A program made the position numbers and the translations under genes. Below, one piece after another: positions 41,074 to 51,030 of a stretch of DNA of 64,000 nt (positions are counted from its first letter, which is position 1; each line of letters starts with the position of its first letter). Under the pieces are notes generated by a model. That model saw only the letters and a list, made by a program, of their open reading frames with translations. It made no database searches and was not told the DNA's origin. The stretch lies in contig CAVWHY010000010.1 in the NCBI GenBank assembly GCA_963754955.1, forward strand, positions 15,233-79,232, given 5' to 3'. Origin of the DNA: an uncultured Acidobacteriota bacterium (GTDB taxonomy: Bacteria; Acidobacteriota; Vicinamibacteria; Vicinamibacterales; CAVVIG01).

Positions 41074-42792
41074 GTGGGTCCAGACCATCGCGGACATCCT
41101 GATTCCGGGAATCGCGAGTGGTCCGGTTCGAGCTTGCAGCCCTCGCCCGCGCAGACTTTCTGCCGTGGATCCGTCCGCAACTTGGATTTCGTTTCTTCAC
41201 CCCGATTGAGCGGCCGTTTCCTTCAGGTGGCGGAGCACCAGAAACTCTCCCTGCTCGCGGTGGGCGTGTTCGTGCTCGTGGTTCGTCTGGCGCTCTTGCC
41301 AGAGGCATCCGCGGCCGTCGGGGTATTCACGACGAATTCAGCTACCTGGGCTCGCAGCCGACACGTTTGCGCACGGCCGATTTGCCAACCCGATCCATCC
41401 GATGTGGATTCGATTCGAGAGTTTCCACATCATTCATCAACCCACGTACGCATCGATGTACCCCCGGCGCACGGCGCGATCCTGGCAGCGGCGAAAGTGA
41501 TCGCGGGTCCTCCGTGGGTCGGCGTGTGGGTCGCGGCGGCCGCGATGTGTGCCGCAATTACCTGGATGTTGCAGGGCTGGTTCCCACCCGCGTGGGCCCT
41601 GCTCGGTGGGCCCTTGCGGCTTTACGGATTGCGACGTTCAGTTACTGGATCAATACCTAATTGGGGCGGTGCGCACGCTGCGGTCCGCCGCGCTTTGTTA
41701 CTGGGCGGGCTTCCGAGGATCACAGAACGACCGAAGCGCGTGTGGCCGCCCTTCTCCTCACGGCCGGCGTCGGATCCTGTTGAACGGTCGACCGTACGAG
41801 GGTTCGATGTCTCGGCCGCTGCCGCTTATCGCGCTGGCGTGGAGCTCGTGCGCAATCGGGTGCAGCCGGAGTTGGTGATGAGGAACGTGGCCCTGCCAAT
41901 CGTGATCGCGTTAGTCGTTTTCATGATTGCGATGGGTTACTACAACTCACGCGTCTTTGGCAGTCCGCTCACCTTGCCGTATAGCGTAAGTCGATCGATG
42001 TATGCGGTGTCGCCGGTGTTCGTGTTTCAAGGCCTTGAGCCCGACCCGTCGTATACCATTAACTGATGCGCAAGTTCTACCTGGAACAGAAAGCGGGGAC
42101 GTACCGCTCCGTTCACTCGTCCGCGGATTCCTGGAATGGAAGGAATTCGAAGCGTTCTTCCTTGGGCCGCCCTTCTGTTTCCGATCGTCGCGTTTCCGAA
42201 ATCGGCGCTGGATGCGCGCATTCGGACGCCCGTCATGATTGCGGTCGCTGTCGCGCTCGGATTAGCCGCGGAAATCTGGTTCTTTCCTCGTTACGTGTCT
42301 CCGATCACTTGCGTGCTCTATGCGATCGTGGTTGAGGCGATTCGGCGCCTGCGCGCATGGGCCCCGGGTCAGCAGAGATCAGGGCTTCTGCTGAGCCGTG
42401 CGGCACCGATGATTTGCACGTCCATCGTCTTGATAGTCGCGGCAGGCCGGAGTCTCGGTCTCAATCCGGTCACCGTGTCGGCGCTGGAACTCGTAGCGCC
42501 ACCATACGGGCGTCAGGATCGTGCCGCCCTTCAGAAACCTCTCGACCAGCTGCCCGGCGGCCAGCTGGTTATAGTGAGGTACTCACGGCATCACAACGTC
42601 CACGTGGAATGGGTTTACAACGACGCCGACATCGACGCCGCGAAAGTCGTGTGGGGCCGTGAGATGAATGCTGTCAGCAATCGCCGCCTCGGACAGTATT
42701 TCCGCGACCGGCGCCTCTGGCTGCTCGAAGCTGACGTCACTCCGCCGCGGATTTCAGACTATTTCACCGGGATGCCGTGGACACAGCAGTGA
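41074..42792 (+). pseudogene. Degraded GT-C-like membrane protein gene (many frameshifts)
   Basis: Fragments across frames: HDEFSYL / AADTFAHGRFANPIHPMW..FESFHII..PTYASMYPP / WMLQGWFPP / FSYWIN / RPYEG / YYNSRVFGSPLTLPY / HVEWVYNDADIDAAKVVWGR. Confidence 0.7.
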
Positions 42793-44915
42793 AACGGGCA
42801 TTGTGGCCGATGGTCCTTGGGGTCGCGCTGGTCTGGCCCGGCCGTGTGTTGCACGCGTTTGACGGGCTGCCGCTCGACTGCGTTTCAAAGGCCGTGGTGC
42901 TTGGCGTGACGTTTCCAATGCTCTGGTTGCTGGCGCCGGGGTTTCTCAACGCGCGATGGACGCGGCTGGCGATCGTGTTGCTACTCGCGGTGAAGGTGGG
43001 CGGATCGGTGCTGCTGACGCAGCAAGGACTGTGCGCGCGCTTCTCGACCACAGCGCCGGTCCATACCCGCATCCTGACGATCCCGATTGACGAGCCGGAC
43101 GGCGTGCTCCGGAGCTGGGATGTGCGCGCCGACTGGCGCGCCGAGGCTCCGAAGTGCACGGCCGTTGTCGATCGTTCCTACGAGACCTGGACAGCCTTTC
43201 CCGTATGGTTCGTTAACTTCACGGACTTTATCGATCTCCCCGATCGCGTCGGTGTCCGTACCGAAGATTCGACCCGTCGTTTTACTCTGGATATCAGCGG
43301 CGCCGTGACAGTTGCGGATGCCGGCCTCTTCTCAATCGACCTCGGCCGCGACATGGAACTGGACGGTCGTATCGATTCGACGAACGTTGCATCGGCCGCC
43401 GGTGCTGCCCTGAGCGTACCGCTCGGCCCCGGTGTTCATGACGTGCAGCTTCGTGTGTCGATGACCGGGGATCAGTGGACGTTCATGCCGAAGTGGAATG
43501 GCCGCAGCGCATTTCAGACGACGACCCTGACGGTCAAGCGGCCCCGCGCGGCCGATCGGTGGCTGGCGCCTGCCGTCGCGAATTCGACGATCGGCATCGT
43601 CGCGCTGCTCCTTCTCGCTTGGACGGGATCGGTTATCGCGCGGTACTCGAGCGAGCCCAGGCTTCTCATCTGGACCGTGGGCGCCAGCGCCGTGCTGTCG
43701 GTCATGAGCATCGTCGGCCGGGGCGAGCGCGCGGCGGGCTTGCTGCTGCTCGGCGCCGCCGCGGTTCCGGTCGGCGCATCCGCACGGAACTGGCGCGGAG
43801 CGTTAATGCTGATCGGGGTTCCGTGGCTGGTCTTCTTTGTTGTTCGGACGCTCCCGCAGGTCGGCCACGTGTCGCTGTACTCGGTGGACGATTGGCTGGC
43901 GTACCAGGTCGCGGGCTACCGCATCTACATGAACGGATTCTGGCTGGAAGGCGGCAACAGGCTCTTCGACTATCAGCCTCTCTATCGGTGGATCGCCGGC
44001 GGTCTCCATCTCGTCTTCGGCGATTCGAGCGTCGGCGAGGTCTACTGGGATGCGGCGTGTCTGCTGGCGGGTGGGCTCGTGGCGTTCACGCTCGTCGAGG
44101 CCGTCGGCGGGTTTCGATGGGCCGTCGGCGCGGCCGCGGCAACGCTCGCGACCTTCACCCTCGGCCCGATCTGGTACTTCGTCGGCCGCGGACTGTCCGA
44201 GATCGCCGCCGCGGGCTTCGCGTTCTACGTGGCGCTTTCAATCGTGCGCGCGGATGGCCGGCTGGCGGTCGCAGCCGTTGCGGGAGTCCTCGCGGTCCTG
44301 ATGTTCTATGCTCGGCTCAATCAGCTGATTTTCGCCGTGTGTCTGGCGGCGCTGTGGCTGCCGCCTGACGTGCCCGCCGCATGGCGACGTCTTTCACGGG
44401 CGACAGCCGCTCTCGACCCAAGGCCAGTGACTGTTTACGCCGCAACTTTCGCCGCCGGACTTATCCTGTTCGCATGGCGCACCTGGTTCTACAGCGGCGT
44501 CTTCAGCCTGCTCTATGGGACTAGCCTGAAGAACAACGACACCGGCCTGCGAGTATCGACCGTCGGATCGCTGATCGTGTGGAAACGCATCGCGCACAGC
44601 GTGAGCGCTCTCGTGTGGATGAACGAGCCGCCGGCGCTCGATCCTCGCGCCCTCCTGGTAGTTGCCGGAGTGGTGCTGTCCGTCCTCGCCCTTCTCCAGG
44701 TGCCGCGCTTCGCACGTCTTCCGGCCTCGGTCGCTATCGTGACCGTCGGCGCCACGATGAGCTCCTTTGTCGCGCACACGCACGCGTATCCCGGGCGCAT
44801 GTCCATTCATCTTGTGCCGTTTGCCGTCGCTGTGGCCGTCGTGGCTGTGCGGATGGCGTGTGGCTTCGGTCCCTTCCGCGCGGGTCCCGCGATCGACGGC
44901 AAAGCGCCCGCATGA
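42789..44915 (+). CDS. Hypothetical polytopic membrane protein (soluble beta-rich domain plus GT-C-like TM region)
   Basis: About 710-aa ORF, GTGA overlap with upstream stop; DDWLAY, YQPLYRW, GLSE, ARLN motifs among TM helices. Confidence 0.6.
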   Translation: MKRALWPMVLGVALVWPGRVLHAFDGLPLDCVSKAVVLGVTFPMLWLLAPGFLNARWTRLAIVLLLAVKVGGSVLLTQQGLCARFSTTAPVHTRILTIPIDEPDGVLRSWDVRADWRAEAPKCTAVVDRSYETWTAFPVWFVNFTDFIDLPDRVGVRTEDSTRRFTLDISGAVTVADAGLFSIDLGRDMELDGRIDSTNVASAAGAALSVPLGPGVHDVQLRVSMTGDQWTFMPKWNGRSAFQTTTLTVKRPRAADRWLAPAVANSTIGIVALLLLAWTGSVIARYSSEPRLLIWTVGASAVLSVMSIVGRGERAAGLLLLGAAAVPVGASARNWRGALMLIGVPWLVFFVVRTLPQVGHVSLYSVDDWLAYQVAGYRIYMNGFWLEGGNRLFDYQPLYRWIAGGLHLVFGDSSVGEVYWDAACLLAGGLVAFTLVEAVGGFRWAVGAAAATLATFTLGPIWYFVGRGLSEIAAAGFAFYVALSIVRADGRLAVAAVAGVLAVLMFYARLNQLIFAVCLAALWLPPDVPAAWRRLSRATAALDPRPVTVYAATFAAGLILFAWRTWFYSGVFSLLYGTSLKNNDTGLRVSTVGSLIVWKRIAHSVSALVWMNEPPALDPRALLVVAGVVLSVLALLQVPRFARLPASVAIVTVGATMSSFVAHTHAYPGRMSIHLVPFAVAVAVVAVRMACGFGPFRAGPAIDGKAPA

Positions 44916-45311
44916 CGAACAGGAAGACGCCGCGGAACCCCGAGCGTTCGTTCGGCGTGTCAGTCGGGATCGTGTTGTGTGTGATCGCCGGGGCCCTCTG
45001 GTGGCGTGGCCGCGTCACCAGGGCGGAGCTCCTTGGCGCGATCGGAGGAGTGCTGTTGATTGGCGGGCTCGTGCATCCGCCACTGTTGAAATATCCGAGC
45101 GCGGTCTGGTGGCGGTTCTCGCGCGCCCTTGGGCACGTCAACGCGCGCATCCTGCTGACGATCCTGTTCTCGATGGTGCTCGTTCCGCTCTCGATGATCT
45201 GGCGGATGACGGGCAAGGATCCGCTGGCGCGGCGGCGTCAGAACATGGCCCGGATGGTCGAGGTATCCTCCTCGATATCGCGACAAGAGGCACTACGAAC
45301 GAATGTATTGA
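44912..45311 (+). CDS. SxtJ family membrane protein, apparent frameshift near 45250
   Basis: ERSFG, WWRFSRALGHVNARILLTILF..P, GKDPL, ends HYERMY* in next frame. Confidence 0.75.
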
Positions 45312-45318
45312 GGTTCTC

Positions 45319-45477
45319 ATGAGTAAGCATCGTGTCCTCTCCGAGTTCTGGCAGTTCCTCAAACAGGAAAAGAAATACTGGCTCGTGCCCATTGTCGTCG
45401 TGTTCGTGTTGTTCGGGCTGTTGATCGTCTTCTCGCAGTCGAGTGCGGTAGCGCCGTTTATCTATACGTTGTTCTAG
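45319..45477 (+). CDS. SxtK-like / DUF5989 small membrane protein (52 aa)
   Basis: EFWQFLKQEKKYWLVPI..SAVAPFIYTLF signature; GAGG RBS. Confidence 0.85.
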   Translation: MSKHRVLSEFWQFLKQEKKYWLVPIVVVFVLFGLLIVFSQSSAVAPFIYTLF

Positions 45478-45479
45478 CC

Positions 45480-47363
45480 GTGCCTACGCGCATTCTCGGA
45501 ATCTCCGCCTATTACCATGACTCGGCGGCCTGCCTGGTCGAAGACGGTCGTATTGTCGCCGCTGCACAGGAGGAACGGTTCACGCGCAAGAAGCACGATG
45601 CGAGCTTCCCGGCCGCCGCCGTGGAGTACTGCCTGCGCGAAGCCGGGATCACCGCTTCGGAGCTCGATCTCGTCGGTTTCTACGAGAAGCCGCTGGTCAA
45701 GTTCACGCGGCTGATTGAAACCTACATCGCATGCGCTCCGCGCGGCTGGAGGTCGTACCTCATGGCGATCCCGCTGTGGCTGAGCGAAAAGCTCTGGATG
45801 GCGGACGACATCGCCAGCCGACTCGAAGGCTACACGGGTCAGGTCCTCTTCGGTGAGCACCACGAATCGCATGCTGCGTCGGCATTCTATCCATCGCCCT
45901 TCGAACAGGCCGCGATCGTCACCATTGACGGGGTGGGGGAGTGGGCCACCTCATCGATCGGCGTTGGCCGGGGCCATGAGTTGGAGCTCCTCCGCGAGCT
46001 TCGGTTCCCGCATTCGCTCGGCCTGCTCTACTCCGCGTTTACGTACTTCACCGGCTTTCGCGTCAATTCCGGCGAATACAAAGTCATGGGGCTCGCGCCC
46101 TACGGCGAACCGAAATACGTGAAGACGATCAAGGACCATCTCGTCGAGATTCGAGACGACGGCAGTTTGTGGATGAACATGGAGTACTTCACGTATCCCC
46201 ATGGGCTGACGATGACCGGAGAGGCGTTCGGCACGCTGTTCGGAGGCCCCGCACGGCAGCCGGAAGCAAGGTTGACCCAGCGCGAAATGGATCTGGCGCG
46301 ATCGGTTCAGGACATCACCGAGGAGGTCATGCTGAAAATGGCGCGTTTCGCTTACCGCGAAACAGGCATGCCAGATCTCTGCCTCGCTGGCGGCGTCGCG
46401 TTGAACTGCGTTGGCAACGGCAGGCTGCTGCGCGAAGGCCCATTCGACAACATCTGGATCCAGCCCGCGGCCGGCGACGCTGGCGGAGCGCTCGGTGCGG
46501 CCCTCGGCCTCTGGCACCGGTATCTCGATAAGCCACGCGTCAGCGCGGAGCAATCCGGTGCGTGGGAGCGTCCGTCAGCGGAAGGCGCTTCGTCGGCCCA
46601 GCGGCGATACGCCGATGGAATGCAGGGCTCCTTTCTCGGACCGCGCTTCACCGACGATGAGATCGGGCGGTTTCTCGCTTCGAACGGGTACCCTGCGCGC
46701 CGGCTAGACGGAGGCGATCTCACCGAGGAAGTCGCCCGGCTGCTGGCGGAAGAGAAAGTCGTCGGCCTTTTTCAGGGCCGCATGGAGTTCGGCCCACGCG
46801 CGCTGGGCGGGCGATCGATCATCGGCGACGCGCGATCCCCGAAAATGCAGTCGGTGATGAACCTCAAGATCAAGTTTCGTGAATCGTTCCGGCCCTTTGC
46901 GCCCGCCGTGCTGCGTGAGCACGTCCACGAATGGTTCGATCTCGATACCGAGAGCCCCTACATGCTGCTGGTCGCCGAGGTCCTGCCGTCGCGCCGCCTG
47001 GCGGCTCGGCAGGATGCCGACACATTATGGGGAATCGACAGGCTGAACGTACCGCGCTCTACGATTCCTGCCGTCACTCACGTCGACTGCTCCGCGCGCA
47101 TCCAGACCGTGCGACGTGACACGAATCCGATGTACTACGACATCATCGACGCGTTCTACCGCCGGACGGGATGCCCGGTGATCGTGAATACATCCTTTAA
47201 CGTTCGAGGCGAGCCGATTGTCGGGACCCCTGAAGACGCGTTTCGCTGCTTCATGCGCACGGACATGGACGCGCTGGTGCTCGAGCACTATGTGCTCCTG
47301 AAGACGGAGCAGGCTCCGGTCCCGCAGGACGAGGCCTGGCGAAAGGAATTCGTGCTCGATTGA
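45480..47363 (+). CDS. O-carbamoyltransferase (NodU/CmcH/SxtI family)
   Basis: GISAYYHDSAA, EERFTRKKHD, HHESHAAS, EYKVMGLAPYG, GGVALN, EFGPRALG, KFRESFRPFAP, NTSFN. Confidence 0.93.
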   Translation: MPTRILGISAYYHDSAACLVEDGRIVAAAQEERFTRKKHDASFPAAAVEYCLREAGITASELDLVGFYEKPLVKFTRLIETYIACAPRGWRSYLMAIPLWLSEKLWMADDIASRLEGYTGQVLFGEHHESHAASAFYPSPFEQAAIVTIDGVGEWATSSIGVGRGHELELLRELRFPHSLGLLYSAFTYFTGFRVNSGEYKVMGLAPYGEPKYVKTIKDHLVEIRDDGSLWMNMEYFTYPHGLTMTGEAFGTLFGGPARQPEARLTQREMDLARSVQDITEEVMLKMARFAYRETGMPDLCLAGGVALNCVGNGRLLREGPFDNIWIQPAAGDAGGALGAALGLWHRYLDKPRVSAEQSGAWERPSAEGASSAQRRYADGMQGSFLGPRFTDDEIGRFLASNGYPARRLDGGDLTEEVARLLAEEKVVGLFQGRMEFGPRALGGRSIIGDARSPKMQSVMNLKIKFRESFRPFAPAVLREHVHEWFDLDTESPYMLLVAEVLPSRRLAARQDADTLWGIDRLNVPRSTIPAVTHVDCSARIQTVRRDTNPMYYDIIDAFYRRTGCPVIVNTSFNVRGEPIVGTPEDAFRCFMRTDMDALVLEHYVLLKTEQAPVPQDEAWRKEFVLD

Positions 47364-48166
47364 CGCCCCCGCCGGAACTCATCGATCACGCTGAACGCAT
47401 CTCGCCGGCTGCGTACCTCGAACTGTTGATCAACCTGACGAAGCGCGAAGTGAAGGGGCGCTACAGCCAGTCGTTCTTTGGCGTGGCGTGGGCCATCGCG
47501 CAGCCGCTGGCGACGATGGCCGTGTTCACGATCGTGTTTTCGAGGCTCGCAAAGATGCCGTCGGAAGGCGCGCCGTATCCGATTTTCGCCTACGCGGCGC
47601 TCGTCCCGTGGTACTTCTTCTCGAACTCGGTCGCTACCGGCACGCTCAGCCTGATCAGCTATCGGAACATCGTCACGAAGACCTACTTTCCAAGAGAGAT
47701 CGTGCCGCTGGCGCAGGTCTGCTCGCGCTTCATCGACTTCTTCGCTGCCGCGGTGTTCTGCGCGGCGCTGATGGTGTACTACGGCGTTGGACTCGGTCGC
47801 TGGGCGCTGATGGCCCCCGTGTTCTTAGCGCTGCTCATCCTGCTTACGATCGGTTTCACGATGGCGACCTCGGCCATCAACGTCTTCTACCGCGACGTGA
47901 ACCCTGTGGTGCAGATCGGCCTCCAGCTGTGGCTGTACCTGACGCCGGTGGCGTATCCGCTCTCGGCGGCGTCCGCGCGCTTCCGTCTGCTCTACGTCCT
48001 CAACCCGCTGACGGCCATTGTCGAAGGCTTCAGGTCCTCGCTGGTATTCGACCGCCCACCCGATTGGAACGCCGTCGCCGTCTCCGCGGCGCTGACGTTG
48101 GTGGTGTTCAGCGGCGCGTTCGTGATGTTCAAGCGGATGGACAAGTATTTCGCCGACGTGATCTGA
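47360..48166 (+). CDS. wzm: Polysaccharide ABC transporter permease
   Basis: KGRYSQSFFGVAWAIAQP, KTYFPREI, YRDV, YLTPVAYP, NPL, FADVI. Confidence 0.9.
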   Translation: MTPPPELIDHAERISPAAYLELLINLTKREVKGRYSQSFFGVAWAIAQPLATMAVFTIVFSRLAKMPSEGAPYPIFAYAALVPWYFFSNSVATGTLSLISYRNIVTKTYFPREIVPLAQVCSRFIDFFAAAVFCAALMVYYGVGLGRWALMAPVFLALLILLTIGFTMATSAINVFYRDVNPVVQIGLQLWLYLTPVAYPLSAASARFRLLYVLNPLTAIVEGFRSSLVFDRPPDWNAVAVSAALTLVVFSGAFVMFKRMDKYFADVI

Positions 48167-49449
48167 TGCCGCCCGTTGCCATCCAGCTGGACAACGTCAC
48201 CAAGCGTTATCGTACGGGCCGCTCGCGGACGCTCGTCGATCTGGTCGCGTCGAACCTCGATCGCTGGCGAGGGAAGAACGACGACGTCCACAGCGCGGCT
48301 CGCGGCCGTGTCAGCTCCACAATCTGGGCTCTGCGCGACGTGTCGATCGAAGTCCCCGCTGGCGCCGGCCTCGGCGTGATCGGCAGAAACGGTGCCGGCA
48401 AGACCACTCTGTTGAAGCTGGTTTCGCGGGTGACGTGGCCGACGAGCGGATCGGTTCGCGTCGGCGGACACGTCGTCTCGCTGATCGAGCTGGGTGCCGG
48501 CTTTCATCCGGAGTTGACCGGCCGTGAAAATGTGTACCTCGGCGCCGGCCTGTTTGGTCTCACCAGATCCGAGATCGACAAGCAGTTCGACCGGATCGTG
48601 CAGTTCGCCGACGTCGAGCGGATGATCGACACGCCGATGAAGCGGTATTCGTCGGGGTTGTATGCACGGCTGGGGTTCGCCGTGGCGGTTTTCAGCCGGC
48701 CCGACATCGTGCTCGTGGACGAGGTGCTCGCGGTCGGCGATGCCTCGTTCAGACGACGCGCGCTCGAAGCGCTGCGGCAGATTATTGCGGACGGCAGAAC
48801 CGTCCTGTTCATTTCCCACGATATGTGGAACGTGCGCCGCCTCTGCGATCGCATCCTGTGGCTCGAGGAAGGGCGCGTTCGCGCCTACGGCCCGGCCGGC
48901 GAGATCGCCGAGCGGTACATGAACGAGGTGAACCTGGCAGCGCTGGCGAATCAGGCTGTCTCGCTGCAGAGCCATCGGGCAGGAACTGGCGAGCTGCGCT
49001 ACACCGCCGTCGGTATCACGGGGGAAAGCGGCGTTCCCGCCACATCCCTCGTCCAGGGCGAAACGCTCGTCGTGGCCGCGTCGTATCGCGCCGAGCGGCC
49101 TGTCGAACGGCCGGTGTTTCAAGTGACCATCATTGATGTCGACACGGGGCTCGTCATCACGACGGCGACGTCGTCGAGAGCCGATGCGCCGGACTCCGTT
49201 TCGGACGGGGGCACCATCGAGTGCCGCTTCGCGCATCTGCCCCTGCGTCCCCGCCAGTATGCGCTGAGGCTGTCCATCACTGACTCGCATCAGCTCGCGT
49301 CGTACGATGTCGTGAACGCCGGGCCCTGTTTTGCCATCGTCGGCCGCGGATTGGGCGTGGACAGCCTCGCTGACGAAGAGGATGGTCTCGTGTCCTTGCC
49401 GTTCGAGTTCCGCCATATGCGCCCCGCGGTGAACGCTGAACGAGCCTGA
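48166..49449 (+). CDS. wzt: Polysaccharide ABC transporter ATPase with C-terminal carbohydrate-binding domain
   Basis: GRNGAGKTT, GAGFHPELTGREN, YSSG, DEVLAVGD; about 170-aa Wzt_C extension. Confidence 0.92.
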   Translation: MPPVAIQLDNVTKRYRTGRSRTLVDLVASNLDRWRGKNDDVHSAARGRVSSTIWALRDVSIEVPAGAGLGVIGRNGAGKTTLLKLVSRVTWPTSGSVRVGGHVVSLIELGAGFHPELTGRENVYLGAGLFGLTRSEIDKQFDRIVQFADVERMIDTPMKRYSSGLYARLGFAVAVFSRPDIVLVDEVLAVGDASFRRRALEALRQIIADGRTVLFISHDMWNVRRLCDRILWLEEGRVRAYGPAGEIAERYMNEVNLAALANQAVSLQSHRAGTGELRYTAVGITGESGVPATSLVQGETLVVAASYRAERPVERPVFQVTIIDVDTGLVITTATSSRADAPDSVSDGGTIECRFAHLPLRPRQYALRLSITDSHQLASYDVVNAGPCFAIVGRGLGVDSLADEEDGLVSLPFEFRHMRPAVNAERA

Positions 49450-49450
49450 C

Positions 49451-50284
49451 GTGGAGTACTACGCCGACTACCTGAAATCGTTGGACAAGCGGCCCGAGGA
49501 CCTTCCGCTCTCGGCGCATTACCACACGTGGACGCCCGAGAGCGTCATGCGCGTGTGGAAGGTCTGGACGAACAACCGGTACCTTCGCACGCAGTTCTAC
49601 CCGCGCGAATACTTCGAGGCGTTTCTTGCCCAGGCCCGGCCCCATCTCGGAAGCGTAGGCCTCGTCGCCGACGTCGGCTGCGGAACCGGCACTATGCTGT
49701 CTATCCTCGCGCGCGACGGCATCGGCGCGCAGCTTGTCGGCATCGATCTGTCCGATGAATCGCTCGCGAAGCTCAGGACCGCGTTTTCCCGCGATGCGAG
49801 GCTGACGTTCAAGGTTGGATCGATCAGCCAGATCCCGCTCGACGACCAGTCGTGCGACATCGTCATCTGCACGGAGACGCTCGAACATCTATTCCCCGGC
49901 GATTTCACGCAGGGCCTCGCCGAGATCGCGCGCGTGCTCAAGACCGGCGGTCGGCTGCTGGCGACGGTTCCCCTGGAAGAGCGACCGGCTTTCGTCGTCT
50001 GTCCGGAGTGCTACGCGATCTTCACGCCGTTCCAGCACATGCTGTTCAACTTCACCATCGCCGGCCTGGCGCGGGAGTTGGGCCGGCATGGCGTTGAGAT
50101 CGTGCACGTCATCCACCCCATCGATACCGGTGTGCCTCGCCGGGCGTGGCAGCGATTCATCAAGGACAAGATTCTCGCCAGGCATCTGCCGGGCCTGGCG
50201 CGGCGCTTGTTTCGAGTCAGCGGTGTGACCGGATTCGTGGCCAGAAAAGGTCCCGTCACACCGTCAGCCGTCGCAACTGCATGA
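49451..50284 (+). CDS. Class I SAM methyltransferase
   Basis: DVGCGTG, GIDLS, ETLEH, RVLKTGG, CPEC insert. Confidence 0.85.
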   Translation: MEYYADYLKSLDKRPEDLPLSAHYHTWTPESVMRVWKVWTNNRYLRTQFYPREYFEAFLAQARPHLGSVGLVADVGCGTGTMLSILARDGIGAQLVGIDLSDESLAKLRTAFSRDARLTFKVGSISQIPLDDQSCDIVICTETLEHLFPGDFTQGLAEIARVLKTGGRLLATVPLEERPAFVVCPECYAIFTPFQHMLFNFTIAGLARELGRHGVEIVHVIHPIDTGVPRRAWQRFIKDKILARHLPGLARRLFRVSGVTGFVARKGPVTPSAVATA

Positions 50285-51030
50285 GCATCCATCGCGCTGC
50301 CGAGCCGATGGGCGAGTGGGGCCTTCGAGCGGCTCGCCTGTATGGGGAGGACCGCGCGACGGAGTACAGCGAGTTCGATCGGACCGGGGCAGCCGACAGC
50401 GTCTTCGTTCGGCTCTCCGCCTGGCTCGGTGCGTTGTGCTCCGGCTTTGGCAAGCCAATATCGGTGCTGGACCTCGGATGTGGGACGGGCAGGTACTTTG
50501 CGGCCGTGGGCCAGTTCGGCCAGACGGGACGCATCAGGGAGCTCGTTGGTATCGACGCCTCCGAGTCCATGCTCGAACGGGCGCGGCTGGCGGAGCCAGG
50601 TGGCGATGCTGCGGGCGCGACGCTGATCCGTGGCGATCTTGAAACATGCCACTTCGAGCCCGGCCGATTCGATGTCGTGTACGCAATCGGCGTGCTCGCC
50701 GAGCACGCGCCCTTGACCGATTCGCTGGCGCGGCGGGTGTTCGGCTGGCTGTCGCCTGGCGGCGCGTTCGCGTTCACGGCCGTACATCCGGATTCGTTTT
50801 CGATTGGCATCTCCTGGAAGCGCCGATTCGGCCGGCGCGCGATGGCATTCGCGCCAGGGGCCGTTCGCGAATGGCTGCGAATACGCTGGCTGGGAGGCGG
50901 GCTGTACGCCGATGAAGCGCGAGTGTCCGACGTGCTGACGCGCGCCGGGTTCGCCGTGGAGTCGATCGATCGGCTGGTCGGCGTCCATTTGCATTGTCTG
51001 GCCGTCGGAAGAAAGCCGTCCGGCGAATGA
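50281..51030 (+). CDS. Class I SAM methyltransferase
   Basis: VLDLGCGTGRY, GIDASESML, FDVVYAIGV, LSPGG. Confidence 0.82.
   Translation: MSIHRAAEPMGEWGLRAARLYGEDRATEYSEFDRTGAADSVFVRLSAWLGALCSGFGKPISVLDLGCGTGRYFAAVGQFGQTGRIRELVGIDASESMLERARLAEPGGDAAGATLIRGDLETCHFEPGRFDVVYAIGVLAEHAPLTDSLARRVFGWLSPGGAFAFTAVHPDSFSIGISWKRRFGRRAMAFAPGAVREWLRIRWLGGGLYADEARVSDVLTRAGFAVESIDRLVGVHLHCLAVGRKPSGE

Noticed and set aside
44912-47363. Saxitoxin biosynthesis cluster
   Set aside because: Only I/J/K-like genes are present; no sxtA, sxtG or other core genes, and the context is glycan export.
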